64,000 bases of DNA from Sphagnum compactum (taxonomy: Eukaryota). The translations under genes and the position numbers were made by a program. Location of the stretch: positions 2,356,001 to 2,420,000 of the forward strand of contig OZ234494.1 of the NCBI GenBank assembly GCA_965153455.1, in the 5' to 3' direction. The notes under the pieces were generated by a model that was not told the DNA's origin, searched no databases, and worked only from the letters and a program-made list of their open reading frames with translations. Positions 53,501 to 63,099 of the stretch are shown one piece after another (within the stretch, counting starts at the first letter, position 1; each line of letters opens with the position of its first letter).

Positions 53501-55710
53501 TTTCTTCTGGCTTCTGTTTGATTTTTCATGCAATCTGAAGAGAGCTTTAGATGAGGTTCCTTGAATGTGATGATGCTATATATGTTGATTTCCCCATAAC
53601 CCAATCCTAAATACTTATTTATGCCTTTTCAGATACTTATCATTTGCAGCTGCTGTGACTGAGGTGGAAGTGGACATCTTGACAGGTGAGGAAGGAAGTC
53701 TGCACACATTTTGTTACCATCTCATGTTTGCATTGAAAATAATATGTTAGAATTTAACTTTGAACCCTAAACCGGAAACCCCATAACCACCCAGCGAAGT
53801 GATTGTTAGTGGTGTATTTTCTTTCTTTTACGTTGTTTTTTTTTGGAGTTCTTACATTTCCATGGTGTAATTTATCTGTCGGTGTTTGTGAAGGTGATAC
53901 ACGGATTCTTCGAGGTGAAGTTCTACTGGACTGTGGGAAAAGCTTGAACCCAGCGATTGACATTGGGCAGGTTTGCATCTGTTTTTTCTTTGATTACGAA
54001 ATCTCTGCCATTGAGAATTTCTTCTGACCTGTTTGCTGGTTTCTTTGTTTTTTCTGTTTGTTTGGTTTTTTTTCAGTTCTGGTTCCAAAATTTCACCTGT
54101 TTGCCTCCTATGCCTGACCTCCTTGAATACTGTTGTAAGTTTTGTGCTGGATTATGGCTCAGTGAGCTAAAGGCCAACGTACACAGACCGAAAAATAAAA
54201 TCTGGGGAATGGGGGCTATGGCAGGTGCATGGAGCATATGTGCAAGGGATTGGCTTCTATCTGTCTGAAGAATACCAGATAGATGCAGCTAATGGAAAGG
54301 TTTGTCATACAGATCCTAATATACAAATACCTATTTTTTGAACTGACATTGTTCTTTTATTAGAAAGAAAAGTGGTCACTGTGTGTTTCAGAGATATGGG
54401 TTTTACAGACATCAAGATGTTGTGGTCGACAAGCTTGAATTGGTGGCTTCCATCAGCATTTTGTTGTCCTGTGTAGATGCTAGAGAATTGGAAACCTTGA
54501 TGACGTTGGAGATGAAGTTTTTTGGTTTCTTTTGCTGCACTAGTGTGATGGGTGGTTTCTGCATAATTTTCCAAACTTGACAGTGGGTGTGGGTGTGCTC
54601 ATCGTGCTTGAGAATATTGTAGCTCATCACAAACAGCACTTGGAATTACAAAGTTCCTTCTTCGAAAGACATCCCGCATGATTTCCGAGCCTCCCTTCTG
54701 CCAAATAGTTCCAACCCATCGGGATTTCTTCGTTCGAAGGTAACAAATTCCCCCACCGGATATGAGTTTTCCTTTCTTCTTCATGCTTCTCATTATTGTA
54801 CGGTGGATACAAAATTGCTGATAGTGGAAAGCATGACAATCATCAAGTTCCACTCCCCCACTTTTGCCATGATTTCTGCTGTCTCGGTTGCCAACAAATG
54901 TTAGCAGCTTCAATGAAAAGGAAGAAATATTCTAACACTGGGCCATTGACTAGAATCCATGAAGGAGAGAAATTTGATAGCAAATGTGTTGTATATTTTT
55001 GCAGTTCTCTGGGGAGCCACCTTATGGCACAGCATGCAGGTAAAAAACCCAACCCATTGCCATTTCCAAATGTTGACATGATTTTATTTTACTTCATTTT
55101 GTTTTTCCCAGCCTATTGTTCTGATCAGAATCTCTTTTACTGCTTCCTTCTTTCTTTCTGAACGTCGGACTTGTTACATATCGACAGTGGATCGATCTCC
55201 AAGTGTGGCAATCTAGAGTAGACCTATATTAGAGAAACTGCAACAGATATCAGTAGTGAGAATTTGGGTTGCAAATGAATTTCAGATTTGTTACAATCAG
55301 GGCAATGGCAGCAGATCCATTTTCACATGCTACAGTGGATTTCAAGAAGCTTCAACAGCAAAGTGCTTAGTGGAATCTGAGCTTATATGTGTTGTGGATA
55401 AACTAGTGGTGGTTGCGAGTAGTAGAAATTGTGTGAGGTAGGGTTTAGGGTTTACCTTGGGCTGCTGGTAGAGAGCATCTTCGTGTTCTTGAGGCTGGAG
55501 GACAAAGGAAATTAACCAAGTGCACTGGGTGGGGGGGGGTTGGGAAAATGCAGTGTTCTGTTTGCAGTACGACAGGCAGTGGCAGCTGGAAGAGAAGAGA
55601 TTGGTGCTAATGATTGGTGCTCATTAAGTGCTCCAGCAACAGTTGAGAAAGTAGCACTCGCTGCCAATGTACCGACCTCCTTCCTCAGCCTTTCACTGCA
55701 GTCACAATAA
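44586..55710 (+). CDS. Molybdo-flavoenzyme of the xanthine oxidase family (aldehyde oxidase-like; 2x[2Fe-2S] - FAD - Moco), ~1329 aa
   Basis: 27 exons: 44586-45062, 45260-45345, 45516-46014, 46183-46516, 46711-46820, 47133-47300, 47708-47749, 48023-48082, 48402-48592, 48903-48981, 49178-49307, 49428-49477, 49893-50003, 50276-50326, 50625-50762, 51074-51172, 51559-51700, 51947-52119, 52340-52558, 52810-52956, 53291-53460, 53633-53685, 53894-53970, 54225-54299, 54623-54739, 55005-55039, 55554-55710. Total 3990 nt, phases consistent. Fe-S motifs: CRQGGCGSCTV, NACL, QCGFCTPG, GNLCRCTGYRPI. FAD motifs: GNTSSG, VRNVGSVAGN. Moco motifs: QATGEAQYLDD, QYHFHLETQ, SSTQNP, GCEMGQGL, SLNPAIDIGQV, SKFSGEPP. 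Confidence 0.93.
53050..53252. repeat. Degenerate C/A-rich simple-repeat tract in intron 20 of the oxidase gene
   Basis: Repeated aaaacccaac / caaaactgcaa / ccccaactacaaa motifs with very few G or T bases, the opposite skew to the T-rich introns around it. Confidence 0.75.
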
Positions 55711-57443
55711 TGCAACTAAAAAGTTCTCTCAAGTTTTGCATTATTGATTATTCAACACTGGTTTCACGCAAAGCCCACAAAAAGCTCCCCAAGTTAGTTT
55801 TGCTTCAACATTCAAAACTTGTATCCTTACTTCCCATGTGAATTTGTGAACATTTTAGTCCTGATAGTTTTGGTTTTGTATTATTTGGAGCTGCGCAAAT
55901 CTCTGCTGCTGCTCAATAGCTTGCTACTTTGATCTTGCTCTCCACACAAAGAAAACTAAAACAAGTCATGAAACATAGGATCGAGAGCTTCTGATCGTCA
56001 ATGTCATTCTATTCTATTGGGGAATGTTTTATCATTTTCTTGGGGAGTTTTTTTGGGGGAATTAGTTTGCACTTGTTGGATCCATCGTCAATAAGCTTGG
56101 ATGATCAATAGTTGCTGAGTTTTCAAATTTTCCTCTACTTAAAAAATCTTCCAGTTGCTGATAAACATGAAATTCATGCAGGCAATTGCAATGGATGTTT
56201 CTTTTGGAATATTATGTTTGGTTGTAGATTTGTAAGCACTAATTCTCCGATTGAGATCAGAGATGGGTTATGCTTGACTAGTTATGTCGTATTATGGAAA
56301 GAGAAAGACTAACATGATTAGGTATGAAACAAACTTGAAGAATTTGGGAGTTGCCAAAAAGCTTCCATGATCAATGCAGAAAAATATATTAATTTGCAGT
56401 GTTTTTGTTGGTCTTGTGAATTCTCAATTGCAATTCAACACTTGCAAACACAAAGAGAGCAAAAAGAAAAAAGTGTATACTTTGAACAAACATTTTGCAG
56501 GAAAAACACTGAAAACACTCCAATTGAAAAGAAAGAAGGAAAACAAAAAAAAATTCCTTAAGAATTTCTCTGCAATATATATCTGCTATTGCAGTAGTAG
56601 ATTGTGGCAGCTTTCTAAGAAGAAGAAGAAGAAGAAGAAGAAGCAGCAGCAGCAGTGGCTAGAGCAGCAGGAGCACAATACGGAAGTTGATGTAGAAGAA
56701 GAAGTTCTAAGAACTTTTGTGAATTGGAAATTGCAGACTGAGCTCAATATGGAAGCTGTTGATGTAGAAGAAGAAATTCTAAGAACTTTTGTGAATTGGC
56801 TCCAATTATTAGAGCAAGATCTAACAACGTCGTCCAGTTTGTTGATAATTTTGATTTCATGTGCATAGATCATCATCATTTGTTGTTGCTGTTGCTGTTG
56901 CTGTTGCTGTTGTTTGCAGATTACTTAACAGATCTAGCAGCTAGTTGTCGAGATGGTTCTGCAGATGTAGTAGCTAGTCGAGACTTCATGTTGTGGTTGT
57001 TGCAGATTCTGCAGCAGATCTAGTACTTGTCCATCATGTTGTTGTTGTTGTTGCTGCAGATGATCTAGTCGATGATCAAGTTCAGATCTAGTAGTAGCAG
57101 TAGTAGTCGAGACATCGTCTTATCTTGTCGTGTCTTGTGGTTGCAGCAGCAACTGGGTTGATCAGAAGTAGTACTAGCCGCTCGAGACATGGAATTGTTT
57201 TGTTGTTGTTGCTGCTGATTAATCACTAGATCTATAAGTTGAGACTCGCGGACTTGTTGTCGTTGTTGCATATTCAGAACTAGATAGTCGACTCGACTTG
57301 ACTCGACTTCTGTTGTTGTTGTTGTTGTTGTCGTTGCAAGAGATCGATCAACAACAAACAAGCTGCATGCCTAAATAGATCTTGTGTCGACACTAGCTTA
57401 TAGATGCATATCATGCGCCATAGCTGCTATGTTTTCACCTCTT

Positions 57444-58622
57444 TTATGATGGTATGCTGTTGTTTTTGTTGCATTGCCATTGACTGGTAGGAACGCAGCT
57501 CAGGTAATGGCACCACGAGCATTTCTTGTTTGGGTCTATGCCCATAAAGAGCAGGACAAAACCGGCAACGAAGAAAGCAAGCAGAAGAATCACGGACAAC
57601 ACTAGACAAACAATCTGATACACTTTGTACTTTCTCATGATGATCCAGATCTTCGCCTGATGATCCTGCTGCTGCTGATGATCCTCGATCGCGTCTCCAG
57701 GCAGAAGATCATCGTTTCCTGCGAATTTGTCGTCCTGGAGCATATTGTTATAGGAGCGATCTTGGACTCGGACGAGGAGTACAAAGCCGAGCAGAAAACC
57801 AACCACAAAGCCACCGATGTGAGCGAAATTGTCGACATGCGGCATCAAACCAAACACGAGATTGATCAACACGAGCAACAAGAGCGTAACGATCGGCGCG
57901 CACTTTTTCTCATACCGCGACCAGTTGGTGAGAAGCTCGGAAAGAGTGGCACCCAGAAGCCCGAACAGTGCACCAGACGCGCCCACCGAGATTTGATTCT
58001 CGCCGAACAACGCAGACAAAAGACTGCCCCCGAATCCCGACAGCAAGTAGATGGATCCAATCCTAAGAGCTCCGAAATCGATCTCGAGACGAATCCCGAC
58101 GACGAGGAGCGCTATGATGTCGATCAGGATATGGAAAACTCCCGCATGCAACCAGATGCAAGTCAAGAGACGCCATGCTTGGTGATGCTTGCTAAGGATC
58201 AAGCTACGTTCTAATCCTCCCATCTTCTGGAGCGTGAGTGTAGATGGTCCTAGCAGCGGATTCTGCTGGAAGGGCTGGAAGGAGAATCTGTGCAACAATG
58301 GCAGGACACAACTGGTGGAGCTGTGCTTGACGTTGTTGTTGTTATAATTCTCGACAGTGTTGCCGGGGCAGTTATTGAGGTACATGGTGAAGACGAACAC
58401 TGTAACATTCGCAAGCAAGATGATGGGAGTGAGGAACGGCATGTATCTTCGCTCCTCCTCTGCATCATCATCATCATGAGCTACTACTTGCCGCCGCTGC
58501 CGAATGATCACGTGCAAGGGGGGTGATGCTGATGACTCCTGCTGTTGTCCATCAGCACTAGATTGCGCATTGTTCCTGTCCTTGAGGGCACCCTCAAGGC
58601 TCTCAAAGTCGTAGACTGGCAT
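57444..58622 (-). CDS. Rhomboid intramembrane serine protease (plant RBL1/RBL2-like), 392 aa, single exon
   Basis: Uninterrupted ORF with an in-frame stop 9 nt upstream of the ATG. Motifs: RFSFQP..NPLLGPS, WRLLTCIWLHAGVFH, catalytic GASGALFG (Ser) and VDNFAHIGG (His), and the C-terminal CSWCHYLSCVPTSQWQC typical of plant RBLs. Confidence 0.95.
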   Translation of the reverse strand: MPVYDFESLEGALKDRNNAQSSADGQQQESSASPPLHVIIRQRRQVVAHDDDDAEEERRYMPFLTPIILLANVTVFVFTMYLNNCPGNTVENYNNNNVKHSSTSCVLPLLHRFSFQPFQQNPLLGPSTLTLQKMGGLERSLILSKHHQAWRLLTCIWLHAGVFHILIDIIALLVVGIRLEIDFGALRIGSIYLLSGFGGSLLSALFGENQISVGASGALFGLLGATLSELLTNWSRYEKKCAPIVTLLLLVLINLVFGLMPHVDNFAHIGGFVVGFLLGFVLLVRVQDRSYNNMLQDDKFAGNDDLLPGDAIEDHQQQQDHQAKIWIIMRKYKVYQIVCLVLSVILLLAFFVAGFVLLFMGIDPNKKCSWCHYLSCVPTSQWQCNKNNSIPS

Positions 58623-58674
58623 GCTGATCTAGTATTTCCTGGGAGCAGCTACGGCTGGGCAGTCTCTGATCTTG

Positions 58675-59156
58675 TTGTTGTTGTAAACGTTCTTCTTCTT
58701 CCTCACTGATCAGCTCTTCCTTCCTTCACCAGTGCAGCTTGTTGTTGTAAATGTTCTTCTTCCTCACTGATCAGCTTGTCCTTCCTTCACCAGTGCAGCT
58801 TCTTGTTGTAATTGTTCTTCTTCATCAGCGATCAGCTCTTCCTTCCTTCACCAGTGCAGCTTGTTGTTGTAAATGTTCTTCTTCCTCACTGATCAGCTTG
58901 TCCTTCCTTCACCAGTGCAGCTTCTTGTTGCGATTGTTCTTCTTCATCAGCGATCATCTCTTCCTTCCTTCACCAATGCAGCTTGTTGTTGTAAACGTTC
59001 TTCTTCCTCAGCGATCAGCTCTTCCTTCCTTCACCAGTGCAGCTTGTTGTTGTAATTGTTCTTCTCTCTCAGTGATCAGCTCTTCCTTGCTTCACCAGTG
59101 CAGCTAGCTTGTTGTTGTAATTGTTCTTCTTCCTCACTGATCAGCTCTTCCTTCCT
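58675..59156. repeat. 61-bp minisatellite, ~8 copies, immediately upstream of the rhomboid ATG
   Basis: Unit cttgttgttgtaa(a/t)tgttcttcttcctca(c/g)tgatcagctcttccttccttcaccagtgcag repeats with a 61-bp period. Copies 2/3 and 4/5 form an A-B-A-B higher-order pattern. Confidence 0.95.
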
Positions 59157-59165
59157 AGAAACCCA

Positions 59166-59270
59166 TCTCCCTCCTCTGCAATCCAATTTCCAAGCTCGGA
59201 TTGATCACAACTGAAGCTCTCTCCCTCCTTTGCAATCCAACTTCCAAGCTCGGATCGATCACAATCACAA
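59166..59270. repeat. ~55-bp tandem duplication
   Basis: tctccctcct.tgcaatccaa.ttccaagctcggat.gatcacaa occurs twice. Confidence 0.85.
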
Positions 59271-60172
59271 CCCAAGCTCTCCAACAACAACAAAGAAGCA
59301 AACAGTGAGCAAAAGTAGGGTTTCACAATTGAGTAGAAATTCAGCTGCCGTGTTCTGGAAGAATATTCTTCTTCCTCTTCTTCTTCTTCTTCTTACATGC
59401 TGGTCAGTACTGCCCGGGCTTGGGCAGTCTAGTAGGGGCAGGCGGGTATCAAAACTGGTATCAAGCGGTTATAATAGTCTCTGGGTTTTTATTTATTTAT
59501 TTATTTTCCTTTGTGTCTTTTAAGTTGGCTTAAAAGAAATTAGTTTCCTTTTGTCCTTTTTTTACATTTTATCAAATTTTGGATTTTTTTTTTGTTTTCG
59601 AAGTTACTCTCATCCCCACTATTATTTTTATCATCCAATATCCACATTTGCATTCATCCAAAGTGCAAAGGTTCAATGGGAGGGGGGATGGCCAATGCAA
59701 CAACATCAATGACATCCATCCCATGGTGGGGGGTAATGGCTGATATTAACGGATGATAAGTTATATATCATCTCACATGTTTGTTGGTTTGTTGTGTTGT
59801 GTGTGGATGACAAATTGTTGCAGTTTCAACAAGTCGTTATTATAATTCTTTTTCCAGTTTCCGTTCGTTGGGATACATATATGCATCCCAAAACCCGTAT
59901 ATATCCCAACCAAAACTGGAAAAAAAGAAAAGAAAATCTATATATATATATATATAATTTTTAAAATTTTTAAATTTTTAAAATTTTTCAAAAAATAATA
60001 ATTGTTTTTTCTAAAGGGAAAAAAAATTGTGTAAACAACACTAAAAGCTCAACACAACAATAATATGTCGGGTTGGGGGGGGGGGTGCAATCATGAACCC
60101 CATTTGTTAATTGCTTGCCGAGTACGGCCATTCACAAGCTTACGTTACTCCAAAGAAATCTGCGAAATCATG

Positions 60173-60500
60173 AGTTAAAAAGGCAAGCTACCGAACGAAC
60201 GAACTAACACGGAGGAATCGCCCAGTTAAAAAAGACAACTTACCGAACGTGGAGGAATTGACTGACCAGTCAAAAGACAACTTACCGAACACACACGGAG
60301 TAGAGGAATTGCCCAGTTAAAAAGACAACTTACCGAACGTGGTGGAGGAATCGACCAGTTAAAAGACAACTTACCAAACACGGAGGAATCACCCATTTAA
60401 AAGACAACTTACCGAACACGGAAGAATCTCCAGTTTAAAAAAACAACAACAACGTACCGAACACCCGCCGAGGAATAACGAATTAAAAGACAACTTACCC
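60173..60500. repeat. Irregular tandem array (~8 units of ~37-51 bp) with a conserved core and variable linkers
   Basis: Core agttaaaa(a)gacaacttaccgaac, then a variable linker usually containing gaggaat. Units start near 60173, 60224, 60268, 60315, 60357, 60395, 60432 and 60481. Confidence 0.9.
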
Positions 60501-61345
60501 AATGCACCCTTTTTTGGTGTAGAAAAATCCATTTATTAAATGACAAAAGGTAACCATATATATACGGTGCCATTTTATTTTTTTTGGCGGGGGCCGGGGG
60601 GGGGGGGGTTTGGGGGTGGAAAAAAATAGATAAAATTTGCCCGTTTAGAGTTTGGGACCTAACTATTAGAAATTTATGGCCCAAACCGAACCAACCGACA
60701 CATTTGTCGAGAATTCTTTTAGTTTTATTTTAGGGTTTGGGAATGCACCTAAGGAGGCAAAGAGATATGATAAATGGGTCCTCAATTTCCCACCCACCCG
60801 CCTCTCTTACCTACAAATTTTTATTTTGCCATTTTCCCACTCAAATGCTGAAAAATATTCATAACATTTGCCATATTTCCCCCCCCCTATTATGCTATGC
60901 TAACTATTCCGCCAAAAAAAAGAAAAAAAAAGATGATTGAAGCAAAAATATAATCCTCAAGCTTGCAAACTAACTCATGAATGAAATTCATCCATAAAAA
61001 TGATGAGTTAGATGACGATGGATGATCTTCATAACCTAACACAACAACAACAAACATGGCAACCGGGTTATAAACACAACAAAAGTTCTACTTTATTTGT
61101 GGTGACTTGCATGAGGGATTTTTGGGCATTATAGGTGTACCCATTTTGTTTGATCGAAGTGGGCCGCGGGGGTTCAGGGTTTAGGGTTTACTAGATTCAC
61201 AACACCCCGACGACTTCCCTCCATCAATCATCATGAGATTGATGATGATTCCACACTATATGCATACATAAAATGATATATAGCGTTTAGGGTTTAAAGT
61301 ACCCAAGGTCCATGTCATTATATTTACATCAATATTGCTTAATTT

Positions 61346-61381
<36 letters not shown>

Positions 61382-61622
61382 TCCAGTTCAAATTATTACT
61401 AACAAAATCCATATTTTATTTTTTATTTGATTTTGTCTTCATTAACCTAAGATTTTCAAAACATAATTAAACCAAAACTAAATAAGAATAAAATAAAAGT
61501 GTGATGCATAGCTACTTTGAGATGAAATAATTTGCTTCCCCTTTACCTACCTCTTGAGCTTTAAGTTCAAAGTATTAATTAGTCCTTTAGCTTACAAAGT
61601 GCTTTATGTACTCGTCCTTGAC

Positions 61623-61797
61623 AAATTTCCCTATTTTTCCACCTTAAGGTCCAAACTACTCGTAGTGTTAAGGACCAAAGTGAATGTGTAGTCCTTGTCT
61701 AAAGGTAAAGCCCCCCTATAGACAATTCCCTATTTTTCCACCTTAAGGTCCAAGCTACTAGTAGGGTTAAGGACCAAAGTGGATGCATAGTCTTTGC
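61623..61797. repeat. ~75-bp direct repeat with ~100-bp period
   Basis: ttccctatttttccaccttaaggtccaa.ctact.gtag.gttaaggaccaaagtg.atg occurs twice. Confidence 0.9.
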
Positions 61798-63099
61798 CAA
61801 AATGCAAGGCCTTATTTAGGTTTTTTTCTTTTTTTTTAAATACAATTTCCTTTCTCAAATAATAATCATTCGAGGTAATTTTTGTATGTAGGAGGTAGAC
61901 TTGTGTTCCATTTGCTTTGTGTGGAAGGAAGAGCTTCAATTATTGGCATTAAGCTCCAACACCCATCATCACCCACTTGCTCACAACAACATTCCAAATT
62001 GCCTACACAACGGAAGCATACATAAAATGGCTGAGAAAACCAAAGTGGTTGAGATTAGGTTGGCACAATTATGCTCTCACTTCTACTCATACCAAATCCA
62101 ATTACTACTAGCAACATTTCACTTACCCTCCACCAATACACATATGCATCTTTCCTCAAGCATTGTTGATCTTGGTAACGCGTATAAGGTGTTTTATGGT
62201 GTGAGCTAGCTACAAGCTCCAATTTTTTCTACAAGCTCCAATTTTTTCAACATGGTTATAGGATTTATCAATAATTTTTGTTTTCTTCATATACTTGGGA
62301 ACTTTGCATATCGATTTTGTGTTTGTGTTGATCACCTTTCAGTCATTCATGGAAATGACTTATTTTCTTCAACTTGTGTAAAATGTCGCATTTTGTTTTG
62401 TGATTATCACACACTAAATCAATATGTTCATATTCATACTTAATATCTTTTTGGTATTTTTTTTTCTTAATATCTTGAAATTTTAGTCATTGATGAAAAA
62501 AGTGGTTGATATTCGTCTTGTTAGATGAGATCGATGTGTTCAAATGGACGCAAATTATGCATGTCATGTCATTTTTAACACCTCGTTTGTTGATGAGAAT
62601 TTCCATCTTTACTTATGTTCATCACCATGTTTGGCCTAGGCTAGTTGTTAGGGCATGAATTATGGGGACATAGTCAACCAAGCTTTAAAATCTTATGAGT
62701 TTTCATTTGCAAATTGATTCATTCCATTTCATGCCAAACGCACAAATTTGGAACGCACAAAATTTTGTCTCAAAGAGTTACAAACTACAATGTCCATGTG
62801 AAAATATAGTGATGCACTACTTGAATCGCTTCAACATTAATCTTTTTTTAAAAAAATGTTAGCGCATTGAGTTGAAAATTTTAGAAAATCAATCAAAACA
62901 AAAGTTGTGCATTCTTCAATGCAAGTTCAAGGCAAATTGCACTAGTTGCATTTTAAATGCTTGTATGTTAGATTTGAAGGTTTGAACATTTAACAAATGA
63001 CATTCCATAAATAGAGTGGACAATTGCATGCATGATTTAACATACCTTTATCTCTACCAAATAATATTATATTTAATTTTACATCCAAAAAATCGGAAA

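Noticed and set aside
44586..55710. Xanthine dehydrogenase (XDH) or AAO3 orthologue assignment
   Set aside because: The Glu802 and Arg880 equivalents are absent, and the motifs also differ from seed-plant AAOs. No gene symbol is justified without a phylogeny.
56374..56868. 164-aa ORF with a duplicated VDVEEExLRTFVNW peptide
   Set aside because: It is explained by a 72-bp DNA duplication and (AAG)/(CAG) runs, with no recognisable domain or splice structure.
58675..59156. CRISPR array or coding N-terminal repeat extension of the rhomboid
   Set aside because: It is a head-to-tail repeat with no spacers. The 61-bp period breaks frame and an in-frame TAG lies just upstream of the rhomboid ATG.
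60173..60500. CRISPR array
   Set aside because: The linkers are short, uneven and related to each other, the repeats are degenerate, there are no cas genes, and the context is eukaryotic and intron-containing.
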